This document shows positions 21,901 to 33,896 of a stretch of 64,000 nt of DNA, piece by piece. Both the position numbers and the translations under genes were made by a program. The DNA comes from Tubulanus polymorphus (lineage: Eukaryota; Animalia; Nemertea). The stretch is from positions 10,280,275 to 10,344,274 of the forward strand of contig NC_134032.1 in NCBI RefSeq assembly GCF_964204645.1, written 5' to 3'. The notes below the pieces were generated by a model. That model worked only from the letters and a program-made list of their open reading frames with translations. It ran no database searches and was not told the origin of the DNA. Position 1 is the stretch's first letter; every line of letters begins with the position of its first letter.

Positions 21901-24900
21901 CATTTGGCTTCGATCAATAGTTTGACGACTTCTGGTTTACCCTGAGACGCCACGTGGATCGGACATGATTTATTCTGTAAAACATCATCAAATTAATACC
22001 GGTACGTGATTCATGATAATTCTATTAATCAATGATCCAAAACAACTTATTCTTTATTGCGATACTGAGAACTCTGTTCTACTCAGAGGTAATATAACCG
22101 TTTAAACCAAAGATAACTAGTGATAACTCAGAGATAACCAACCATTCAACATGAGATTACCATAATCAATCAGGTATAACCATTCAACTCGGAGATAACC
22201 ATTCAACTCTGAGATAACCATTTAACTCAGAGATAACCAACCGTTCAACTCTGAGATAACCTGTTCAACTCTTAAGATAACTGTTCAACTCTTGAGATAA
22301 CTGTTCAACTCTGAGATAACCATTCAACTCTGAGATAACCATTTAACTCGGAGATAACCAACCATTCAACTCAGAGAGATAACCGTTCAACTCATCAGAG
22401 ATAACCGTTCAACTCATCAGAGATAACCATTTAACTCAAGAGATAGCCATTTCACTCGTATTGTTGTAGAAAAAAGCCCTCATTTGCCTGATCCTGAATT
22501 ATATATCACGGTTGTTCCCTTTCTTAAGGTCTCAGACTTGAGAGCAAGGTCAACTGCATTATCCAACTCAAATCGATCAAACAGACGTGCCAGTTAAAAG
22601 AAATATCCAGAACTCTTCCTCACAACAAGGGGACTAGCAACAAACAAGAACCAGAATTCATTCTTGCATGACTCATGAACGGTAAAAATGATAAAATCCG
22701 AGTTATAAATTTATCCGAATAACCGTAACGTAGGTAAACGGACTGGATTTTAACATCGCCGACAGCTGTATAGATGAGCGTGTGAGCGTACTGTGTAAGA
22801 GGAGCGGATGATGAGTAAAGTGCAGTACGTGAGTTTCTGACTCACGGTCAGTGTTAAAACCAACCGAGCATCAATGAGAACCGATGTATAAATCATCATC
22901 GCTGCAGCTGAATCACCTCTCCTCGTATATAGAGTCTTAAAAATATCAACTGCACTGGGTTTGATTTACCCAGTGACTTCTTGACTGTTCGTTATTGACC
23001 TCAGGGTCCGGTTCCACATGAGAGTTAAGAGTTAACTCAGAGTCTTTTTTTCTCTTAATTCCCTCAAACCACTGAGTGCTGCCACGCAGGGCATTATTAG
23101 CGGGTTCGATGTTGCTTTTTCCCAATGGGGGAAAGAGACAAGAGAAGAACCTTCGACCAAGAAACTCGCCACCAGGGTTTGAACCCATAAACCCTTGATG
23201 GGACCAGTGTGACTGGCAGCTTAACCCACTCGAGTTAACACAGAGTTAAAATCAGTTCATTTTCAATGTTTTAAATTTGATTCAGAACTGTGGAACTGGA
23301 TCCTGGACCCATCCGCGGCTAATACAGAGGGGTTGGTTCCGAAGGTCTTAACACTCTTTAGGGCGAAGTAATTACTACAGGGTTCTTACGGGTTGACCAA
23401 TTTCATTTTCCGTACCCAGATTATAGATATATATGTACCATAGCCTAAAGTTACATCAGGCAATCTCGGAGCTTTCATACTAACACGACAGATTCCCTTT
23501 ACAAGCATTTTTGACGGAATCATGCCTTTGTTTTACAGAAAGCATCGTTTTCAGATTTCTAAAAAAAGTTGTGCCCTTTTTTATACAAGAGACATTTTTG
23601 ACATCAGAAATTAGGCTAACCCATAATAAAAATCGACCCCGAATCTGTGGAACTTGGCCCCGGATTGTGACACCGAGTCCGGAGTCGAAAGGCCACGTTC
23701 CAGTTCCCGAACAGAGTCAAAATTTCTAATGTTTTGATAAACAATCTGGATTAAACGCTGGAAACGGGGCAAGGACTCAGTTCCACAATTGCGAGGTATA
23801 GTTGCATACCAATGAGTTAAAATTACAGTTCAACGATCGAATCAAATTCTAACTGAACCATCACTGTGCACGGTACTATGTCCAGAGAGTCCCATGAATG
23901 GCCAACAAAAAATCAACCCCAGTCGCTTGCTGGTTCAGGCTGGTCGGAAAATTGTTTGGATGAACCCGGCACCGAAATATCCAATCATGTACTTCAATTT
24001 TAACAAAAATTCTCTGTTAACCCTTTCAGTGCGTCTACACTGCAGTGCGGTGTATAAATCAGTGATGGATTTTGCTAGTACACCGCACTGCGGTGTATTG
24101 ATGTAATTAGTAATTTGTAATTATCTCTATTGAAAAATGGCAGAAAGTGTCAAACATAGTGAAATACTAGTAACTAACGATACACCGCACTGCGGTGTAG
24201 ACGCACTATAGTGGTATTCCCATTGTTCAACACACTAGGGTGGAATTTTTTAGAATTTTCAAATTTACTCCAGCACTATAGGGTATTAATTAGTCAGCAC
24301 TGAAAGGGTTAACTCGACCGCCAATTGCACACAACTAGGCCTATATCTTTACTTCGATTTCCGATTTCAGAATCTCGCTCCCGGCAGGTGTGGTGGGTTT
24401 GTAAGGAACACCAAATCAAAACAAATCAAACAAAATCTACTAATCAAATAGAATATCGGGGTCAATCCTTATTCTAAGATAAAGAAAAAGAAAACTAGAG
24501 TCACATCTACTGTGGATACCTAATGTTGACTATGACAATGAATCTAAGCATCTAACTGGGCCGGTTTATATGTCAGTATTCTCTCTACCTACATTTTACT
24601 TACCCGCAACGACATTCTGAGAGACGAACCGGTTAAAAAACCTGCGTCCACCGCACGATCAATACAGAGAGAGACGACTAGAACGGTATTACGCCGCTAA
24701 ACAGAGCAACAAGTAATCCTACACAACACACAACAACAGCAGCAGCAGCAGCAGCAGCGGTAGCAGAGATGACGGAAAAATCAACGATTTAAAACACAAC
24801 GTTTTAAATAAATCCTCGAAAATCCATGAGATCACGATTCGAGAGAGCGAGAGAGGAGAGAGTTAGCGTAGGCCAAGAGCTGCTATCTGCTGATACTCGA

Positions 24901-27900
24901 AAAATCGCAGTCTAGAATAAACATCGAATCACTCGCTGGTGCACTGCAAACACACCGCTAACACACTGCCACTGTATATAAAAACTCCTGCTCCGATATC
25001 GAACATGTGCGAGCTCGCCGTAAAGTTCACTTCAACAACTCCAAAAAAACAAGATGCGTTAGTCAGGTAATTTGCTATGAAATGAAATGTTCACTCGCGA
25101 ATGGTTCCCGAAAGAATTGATCAATTTTACTCCAAGAACTCCAGAAATAACAAATCTGATGATCCCGTATTTGACTACCGAAAATAACGCCAAGAACTTC
25201 CGAGAACTGTTCGCCCCGAGGTTATCCAGAGATACCTATTAGAATTTACTCCAAACAACAAGATGTGACGATACTCTATTTCTCTACCGAAAAGATAACG
25301 CCAAGAACTCTGAGAACTGATCGCTCCAAGGTCCTCCAAAGAGAATACGTGCCTATAAAATTTCACTCCGACAACTCAAAAAAATACATGCGATTATCAT
25401 ACCGTATTTTTCTACGGAAAATAACGCTAAAGAACTTCGAGAACTGTTCATTCAGATGTTTGCATTGAGTTTTACTCCAACGCTCGAGTGATCCGAATAC
25501 TTTTTATTATGGAAAATCGTCAAAAACTTCGGTTCGAGGTTCTCTCCACTGCGATGAAGATGCTTACATTGCACTTGGAGAAACTCAGCGTTCACCGCTA
25601 TAAAGCTTGACACTCTGCGATTAGTTTAACAAAGAGAAGTGCGTTCTCGAAGGAGAATCGAAACTACAAAATCTTCGCAAACGCCGGGAGCAGCTCGAGC
25701 CCTTGTCGACGGAATGAACTCATACACAGTAATATAGATATGAGAAATTCAGTTGAATTTTCCACTAGTAACAACACCGTACGGAGCCGACTGAAAACGG
25801 CTGCTACTCGCCGCCGCCACGCTGAGCTTAAAGGAAAATATCTCTCGAAAAAGCTGGCGGTTTTTATACCAATAGTTGAGAGCAGCAAAAACAGCTTGTT
25901 TTCATAATCAGGAGGCAGAGAGTTGATACCGCTTTAACACGATTCTCAATAGCGATAATAAACAACGTCAGAACTGTGAATGATAATAATATTGTTGTTC
26001 GTCGAAAAGATTTTTACCGCGGATAAGCTCAGGGGATAAACCACTAGACCGTGAACTAACAAGAGTTTTAGATTTGAGACCAGTTTTAGCTTGATTTTCT
26101 TTTCAGAAATTTTTTGTGATAACCTAAATTTTTTCAAGTTCATTTTCAACGTCACGATTTTATGGGATGTGGCATGTTGAAATACATATAGGCCTATGAA
26201 AATCATAGGATCAACTACAGGACCATTCTAAAAAGGTTCTACCTCCATGCTCAGGTAACAGTCATATTTTTAAACACGCCCTCTAGGCGACAATGGTTTT
26301 TGGGCTCGGGTTCGATCTACGAAATAACCAAACATTAGCTCCCATCGCAATTTGGATACCAGTATATTGTATCTAGGGCCAATAGCTAAATCTTTTCAAG
26401 GCAACTTTTTGAATATCGATCCCATTCCTTAATAATGAGGTCATCTTCAAGGTTTTGGCTGAAAAACAGAGTTTTCATTGCCTAGTTCTGCCGCTAGGTG
26501 GCGTACTCGGCCCGTTCTTTTCAATCACTGCATAACTAGAACCCCATATTATCATTGTTAGTATGATGATATCATTGTACCCAAGTTTCATCAAGATTGA
26601 CCCACCATTAATGAAGCTAAGTACATCTAGCTGAAAGACAGACACATAGACAGACTGACTGACAGTGCAAAAATTAGTGTCTCGTAACCGTGGCCTGAGA
26701 ACCAATTAGGCCTAGGCCTATACCAAAAATTCATAAAGATTAGTCTTAATGAATTTTTGCCTAATGCTGAATTTCAAAAATAGATGACTGCCTCCATAAA
26801 TCTCCCATGACATCATTCATTATCTACCACATAAAAGCTCACAAAAATGTTGCTTTCTAAGCCCATAAAAGTTGATGATAATGTCATAGGGAGAATTATG
26901 GAGGCAACTCACGGACATTACATAAGGCATTGAATTGTATCGAAAAAAATCTTCCTTAATGAATAAGGGTTTTTTTCAGACTAGGCATCTCGAAGTGACC
27001 TTTGAAACTTCTTGAAAACCATTAATAGACGCAGCAGCGCGAACAACAGCGACAGAAAAACACAGGGAATCACGCAGACTAGACTAAAGAACCTGCCACT
27101 AACAATCAACTTCAACCACTTGTTGAATATGAAACCTTCAACAACTGGTTCAATTTACGGAGAAGATTTTTGCGCCAGCACCGGGTGATAAACTTAGTTT
27201 TCGAGCGTCAAACATAAAGTCGTATGAAGAACAGTTAAAAAAAGACCTTGAAAAGAATAACAGCCAACTCGGAAAGAGATCGATTCTGAACGGTGATGTT
27301 CCGGTACATTAAAAACATAAGCAAACTGTCCGTTTGAATGCTACGCATCCACCAAACTATGCACTGTATATTAGAAAACAAAACTGCTCCCTGTGTACAA
27401 CTTTTACTTTTAGGCAAACTCAGCACCAGATCTGAAGTATCAACTGCGCACCCCTTGACGGAGAAACCCATCCTCATCGGAGCTGCACCGTCGATGTCAT
27501 ACAACTACACTTCGGATACCCCAGGACCGGATACTCTCATTTGGAAAATTTGCGTTTCGAAATGTGCTTCCTTTCTATCTAGTCAAAGCGCAGGACAATC
27601 AACTTAGAGGACTTCTACATCAACATCTACCCGAGAAAAAACTAAAATAAACTATCGGATTATTTACACGTAGAAAACAACCAAAAAATTGAAAATGGAC
27701 AAAATGATCTTCAACCTTGTAATATAGCTATTTCCATGTATTAAATTAGGCAGCCGAGAAAATTCAACCTAATCAGTCGTTTGCCGGTTCAGGCTGAATG
27801 GAAGATTGTTTGAATGAACCGGAACCGAATTTCCCAATTATGTACTTCGATTTAAACAAAATACTTTTGTAAACTCGACCGCCGATCACACAACTATATC

Positions 27901-28523
27901 TGTACTTCGATTTCCGATTTCAAAATCAAAACCCCCTGATTCGCTCCAGGCAGGTGTGGTGGGTCTGTAAGGGACACTCAATCAAAAAATCAAACGAAAT
28001 TTTCCAACCAAATAAATAACAGGGACAATCGCTATTTTAAGATCAAAAACATCGGCAAAAATGTTGTAGTTTTGAAATAGAATAGCCTCAACATATTGAA
28101 ATGGTATCAAAATCTGATATGGTACGGTTAACCTGGGCTTTTATTAGTCTGGATACTCTTTTACTCAAATCATACCCTAAACTGTGGAACTCGAATCAAA
28201 TCAAACCCACACAACCAAAGACCTCGATCCAAAGTCAAATCAAACTTACTCAACTGTGGAACTGGGTCCAGAGTTAGATTCAACCCATACAGCTGTGGAA
28301 CTTGGACTTAGTCAAATTAAACCCATTCAACCATGGAGTTTGGTAGATTCAAATCAAACTCACACAAAATATGGATCAGGTCCCGAACAAATATCGTACT
28401 TACACTGTCCCAAGATCTCCAATTGACGTCGACTCCGCTTTTAATCAGTTTTTCCACTTTGATCCAATTGCCATAGCCGCACGCCTCCCAGAATAACTGA
28501 TGCCTCGTGACTGCCTGGGCCAT
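9949..28523 (-). CDS. Ankyrin-repeat protein with a giant acidic disordered tail, ~2987 aa. Exons 28404-28523, 21879-21974, 21251-21349, 20828-21058, 19808-19909, 19640-19738, 18851-19099, 9949-17916
   Basis: All introns are GT-AG and phase 0, and the frame is continuous. About 7 ankyrin repeats (e.g. GWTPLLCAAYWCHLEAVKMLL, FTPLMFAAYHGHTDTVRVLL, GWTALHWAANRGHDAIVKLLL). The terminal exon is 7968 nt, open, and ends ...SEGETRL*. Confidence 0.85.
19200..19580. repeat. Degenerate ~60-70 bp tandem repeat
   Basis: Recurring AAGTGTGGA(C/T)(A/G)ATCA...TCTGGTGTTT units; a related fragment lies at ~43540-43640. Confidence 0.5.
20162..20270. mobile_element. Palindromic MITE family (CCAGTTCCACAG...CTGTGGAACTGG); other copies at ~23005-23302, 32220-32312, 52320-52430
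   Basis: GGACCCAGTTCCACAGTTCTGAGTTA ... TAACTCAGAACTGTGGAACTGGACC; the same termini recur across the window. Confidence 0.7.
20497..20700. repeat. 12/36-bp minisatellite (CTGACCATCAAA / TTGACCAGTAAT)
   Basis: Direct tandem units; these explain the spurious repetitive ORFs at 20326-20722. Confidence 0.85.
22120..22455. repeat. ~20-24 bp minisatellite (TTCAACTCTGAGATAACCA)
   Basis: More than 12 tandem copies are visible. Confidence 0.9.
23069..23232 (-). mobile_element. tRNA-derived SINE-like element nested inside a palindromic MITE
   Basis: The minus strand has an A-box-like GAGTGGGTTAAGC and a B-box GGTTCAAACCC. It interrupts the GGTTCCACA...CTGTGGAACTGG MITE. Confidence 0.5.
24021..24308. 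mobile_element. piggyBac-type MITE with TTAA target duplication; second copy at 48301-48577, partial copies at ~21420-21510 and ~42880-43160
   Basis: TTAA-CCCTTTCAGTGC ... GCACTGAAAGGG-TTAA, with internal ACACCGCACTGCGGTGT palindromes. Confidence 0.85.
28170..28370. repeat. Degenerate ~36-bp tandem repeat
   Basis: Repeated TCAAA(T/C)CCATAC...CTGTGGAACT units. Confidence 0.6.
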
Positions 28524-28648
28524 ACCGAGATTCTGCACCAGTTTCTAAAATTAGAACAAACTGGAAACTCATTTTGCAATCAACAATTTAGTTTGATAAG
28601 GGTGTGGACCTTGGCCTTCATATTGAATTGAGGTTGCCCCATTTTTTC

Positions 28649-28793
28649 AGGGCTCAGTTTCACAAAAAAGATTAACTCAAATTTTTTGTGTAACATTTTT
28701 GTGAAATTGCCACTGGTTACGTCATGTTTTCAATGAGGACAACAATTCGAACTCAACAGTTTTAGGCTTAAACTCTTTTTTGAAACTAGGTCC
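28649..28793. mobile_element. MITE family (CCAGTTTCAC...GTGAAACTGGG); copies at ~42992-43123 and ~53087-53213
   Basis: The three loci share an internal sequence (TTTTCAATGAGGACAACAATTC) and inverted termini. Confidence 0.7.
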
Positions 28794-31700
28794 AGGGCTA
28801 AAAAGTGGCATCAACTGGCTCCACGCTTTTTTGGCGTAGAATATTTCTAAATGCACCCAGATATAATCTAGTAGGACTAAAGGCGCCAACTGTTTAAAAG
28901 ACGGTCCGATTTAGCAGACTAGGCCTAAATTTCATTTATAATAATATACTACACTAGCCCCACACACAGGCCAAAAAAGCTAACAACAACATTAAATTAG
29001 TTAGCCTAAAATTCTTTCAGCAACTTTACTAAATACGAGGAATGGATATCAGATCCAGGCGAGGAAACCCTGCATAATTGTCGAATCGACGAACTGGAGG
29101 GTAAAATATTTTCCAATATCGAATAAAGTGCGTTTGTATTGAATTGAACAAGGAAGTGACGAGAAAACCTCGATTTTGAACCCGGTTCAAGTGATTTCGA
29201 AGGAACGTCACCCTTTTAAAAATCGGGAAGCTCAATGCATACCTTGACGCAAGCGTCCGTCGAATTTTGACTCATTTTAATCTGTTTTAGGGGCCGAAAA
29301 CTACACGAAAAAAGAATTTTTTGTCAAACCAGGAAGTAATGACTAATACGAGATGGCGCCACTAGACGGGTGTATAAATTGAATTCAAGTAATTTTTATT
29401 GTGACAAGGATCTCACGCGGGCTCGGTGGCCGGGTAGTAGAATATTCATGTCCATGGCCATGCTATGTACACTGCTTAAAAATTATCTATTTAAAGGAAA
29501 AAAATTAACCGTGATCTAGTTCAAGGATAAATTCTAATTGTTCTGTGGTGACAAACTTGAACTTGGTACTCAATTGTGTCAAGACGGCTCCCTCCATGGC
29601 CGCGACGAGCGGGCCGACCAGAGCACCACTGCCTGGATTTACCTACCTGAACTTGAATGTCTGTGATTGACAGCCTTTTATTGATAGTTCTTTCGGTAGT
29701 TGTTTCCGTTAACGACATGGTTATGATTTGATTGCTGAAAAAAAACCAAAAACTGAGTTCCACTCAGGAGACTCAAGTCGCCACTGCCGGACCCGGCCGG
29801 TGTGTGACGCTGGAGAGATCATATCGTTTTGCAATATTTCAATCATGAAATAATTCTCTCAAAGATTCTGAATTCTTCAAATTAGTGTAGAAATTCGGAG
29901 CAGATTGGAAAATAAAAAGTTACCTTTTGTGTCCTCGGTTTTTTGAAATCCAACAAATTTTGTTCTTGAGGCGCCTATATTTTATCCTACGTTCTTTCTC
30001 TGTGTTTCCGACTATTCCAAAGCTGAGACCGAACGCTAATCAAGATGAAATCTACTTATAAAACCAGCGATCCTAAATTTGAGGTCGCAGATCTAAGAAT
30101 GCAGGAGAAATGTTTTAGTCTAGATCTATAAATTCGACATTGCTGATATTTTATATACATATAACGCCACGTCTGTAGCGACGGTGAGTAAACACTGTTA
30201 TGTTACGCATACGAAGGTATTCTCTAGTTGGAATTGCTTGTATATACAAAACACCTCTGCTTTATCAGTAACTACACTACCTGTTGCCACAAGCGGTGGC
30301 GTCTTACTCACGGGAGGTGATCGTACCTCAATATCACCAGGCAGGAATTCCTTCAAACCATCGGTACTGATTCACAGTAACGCGGATATTGTGCCGTGAC
30401 TAGTAGCTATGGTTTGATAATATACGCATATTTACACAGAATCATCATGCCCACTGATCTACCCGGAAAATTTCGTAATTTTCTACTAGTCAAGTCACTA
30501 GCGTGTGTAAAATACAGTTTTTTAAAACAAATTCTACGGCATGTGTTCACCTGACAGATATTATCAAATTCTCGTGTTATCCGTTTGGTGCTGCAATACA
30601 GTTTGAAAATTGGTTCAAAAAACTTTAAAAAGTTGGTATACTCGATCGTGGAACTAACTGGGTCCTCTCGTTTGGCAGGAATTTTGCCGCCGTGCTAACT
30701 GCGTTATAATTTGTAAGGGTAATTTTCGGAGAAATAATAAGCGACAATCAAACCACTAATCACTCCATAAAAATCTAAATTGATTTGCCCCACATTTCTC
30801 TCCACTTTCAAAAACGACCATTAAAAAGGATTCTCATAAAAGGGACGAGGAGAACCCACACATCCGCGCCTTTTTTATATCAGGAATCATAAAATGTCCT
30901 ATCGGAAGCTCGCGGTCACACCATATATATCTTTAGTCCTATATATTCTCCTAAATTTCATGGGATTCAGTTATCTATGGTCGTGGCGCCTCTCTATTTA
31001 TTTCAATCATCATTTTATGCGGCCCTAGTCTCTGGAAGACGATGCCTAAGGCGAGCACAAGTAGTTCCTCAGACGACCACTCGCGCTCAATCTTAAGATT
31101 GTTCGAAATAGGTCAGCATTGGATTGTTCTGGAACAAAGCAGTTTGGCATTCACGACAAAAGGTCGCGTTATTGTCAGGGAAATAAACCCTTTTTGCGCT
31201 CGTCTACGCGCGAGAATTTCACAATGAAACTACATGTAGAATATTGTTTTTCCTAGGTGAGTTAAGACCAACTTCGCCTGCCAAGGTTGGTTGCCTCCCG
31301 TGCAAGGCAATCAAACCCTGGCAAGCGAAGATTTAAAACATGACGCGCATTTGGGCTCGGTGGTTTCTTGTTAAAAGAGAAAGCTACTATTCTCTCTTTT
31401 TAAATAAATGAAAAATTGTAAATTTCATTATATTTTCTCTCCTCATAAATCTGAGTTCCTGTGTAATCAATTTGAACTTTAATTAAAAATCGACTCAGAA
31501 TTGCAGAGCAAGCATTTTACTGTCAGAAATAAGATGCTCTCTTCAAGAGTGGTAGCTCGAAATATGTCAACATGCAATGTTTCATTTAAAGCATATCAAC
31601 TCCTCTCCATATGTTCATAGGGCTTAAAATTATATTGGGAGAATGAATGTACATGCACAACTTTCAAAATGGACCGCTCACAAAAATCCCGAGAAACAAA

Positions 31701-31946
31701 ATCAATAACTTTTAATAATTAATTTATTATAATCTAGTATATTTACACACTGCCATCGAAAACGCCTAAATTTCAATTCAAATTCCATTCAAAACCATTT
31801 TTGTGGATTGCACAAAAAACTACTATTTAATTAACACTTGTTAGAAAGAACTATTTCGAGTTGCACAGAAAAGTTATGATTCATTGTATGGGCCGTCTGC
31901 TACTGTTTTTATACAAAGGCGCCCTCTAGTGGTCATTTCAAAATCA

Positions 31947-33599
31947 TTATTGTTTGTTCCACATCCATTTTTCGTCGCGTTCGGAGAAAACTTCGTTTAA
32001 ATATGGCTCTAAATATCTTTCATCCTAAAAATAAATGGAGTCCATGAGATCGACAATTATTTCAGAGTTAAAATACCGTAATCAAAAATAAACTAAATAT
32101 TTGATAACCCTCGAGTCATTCCAGGTCACTTAAACTCATGAACTTATTATTTGGACCTAGTTCCACAGTTGTGAATTAGATTCTTGAATTGAATCATTTC
32201 AGTTCAATAAATTTTGACTTCTGGATCCAGTTCCACAGTCGTGAATTAAGATTTGACTCCGAGTTAAAACATCGAAAATGAACTTAATTTAACTCAACTG
32301 TGGAACTGGGTCCTGAAATTTTACTCTGACCTGAGCAACTGGCGACAGAATTTTATTGGTTGGTGGGGCAGATTTTTTGAGCCAAGTCCCTACAGATCAG
32401 TAATTTGTGGATACAAGGAATTTTAAAGGAGAAAATTTCATTATTAGAGAAAGCGCCTGCATCACTTTCATGTCTGTAATACTGTAGACTCCTCTCACAT
32501 CAGTAGTATTTATCCTTGGTTAACCGTTTGATAATTTCATGGTTTTTTATAAGCAAACTTCTATCCTTTACTCTGTATGAAACATTTTGTATGTACATAA
32601 TTGTAAATTATTCTTTATTGATGAAATAAACACTATATTACATTACCTAAACTAAGTTTCTAATTCGATAACCACAGCGTAACAACTGTCCCGATTTGGG
32701 GGTAGTTTTCTGTACAACTAAAAACATTTCTAATAGCCTATTTCTCCAAATTGGAGGAGTTCTGGGTATTTTGCTTAAATTAAAGGAGTGTCAACCACCT
32801 TCGAAAGCAATATCATTTAAGGAGATTTGAAGGAATCACGGAGTCGTAAGTGACCCTGTTGATCGACATCGAAGGCAGACGACGATAATTATTTACCTCA
32901 TCGTAAACCGTCCATTCTTCTTTCGGTAAAACTGTTTTATTAGACGACAGATAGAGGGCTCTGCTGATACGGAACATTCGGGCGTCGTACAGTTCGCTGG
33001 GCAGACGACGAATCGCTTCTTTCACTTCCGGCGTCTCGTGTAAAATATCGTCTTTACGAAGACCTGCGAAATAAGAAATGTCGCGATGGTGGTGGATAAA
33101 CTTTTGAAATGGACTCAGGCAAATTTGGTCCTATTAGAATATAGAATCCATTTTTCTTCATGCACAAAAGTGAGCAATTTCAGAATTTCTTCTTTCAGAT
33201 GATTTAGGCCTAACCTTTTTCATAATTAGTTAGCCTGATTTGGCTTAGAACTTATCTAACTTATCAAAGGCCAATTACTCACCTAATTCTCTAAAGTATG
33301 ATTTATTGTAAGCCCATCTACATAGAGGGATCAACCATTTCGGTTTCGCTGAAAATAGAAATACCAGTGTCAGTGAGAAGAGTGTAAGAATAAAGTTAAA
33401 TTTACGATTTGCATTTGATTTTACGATCGAGCAAAAAACGAGTCGAAATCACGTCAGTTATACCCACGATCTGCCGTTTAAAGGAATGGGGAGGTTCCAG
33501 GTAGTTCGTAAAATTGTCCTAGAACCAGGAATCGGAGATAAATCGTGTTTAAAATGCATAATTACCAGCTTTTTGAATGACTTTTCGAACCGCAGCCAT
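31947..33599 (-). CDS. UQCRB: Cytochrome b-c1 complex subunit 7. Exons 33566-33599, 33283-33348, 32897-33063, 31947-32024
   Basis: The spliced protein [101 protein letters not shown]... carries the QCR7 signatures (GLxxDD, EAIRRLP, RxFRIxRAL, LPKEEW, YLEPYL). Phases are consistent. Confidence 0.95.
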
Positions 33600-33896
33600 G
33601 GTTTTTGATGTAACAAATTTCCGAAGGTCAGAGGTCGAGAGATTTAGATATAAAAAGTTACCATTTTTAAACACGAATCAAGTTTTGGATTGATTGATCG
33701 ATATCAGTACCTACTAGAAAATTATTTTCAATCAGGTATTGCTAAAAATAATGGAAATTTGTGAATTTTCAAATTACGACGAGACTAAATTCAAGATGGC
33801 CGCGCCCATGGGTATTTTACTTCCGGGTTCAATAATTCAATGCTAAAGAGGTTGTTAATTGCTGAAATCTGATTGTGCAGAAGCCGGTCAGTCAAT
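33600..33896. promoter_or_regulatory. Compact bidirectional promoter region between UQCRB and the HS1BP3-like gene
   Basis: The divergent ATGs are 297 bp apart. YY1-like CAAGATGGCCGC at 33792, ETS/GABP-like ACTTCCGGG at 33819, and nuclear-receptor DR1-like AGGTCAgAGGTCG at 33625. Confidence 0.65.

Noticed and set aside
22120-22455. CRISPR-like regular repeats
   Set aside because: There are no unique spacers or cas genes and the context is eukaryotic; this is a minisatellite.
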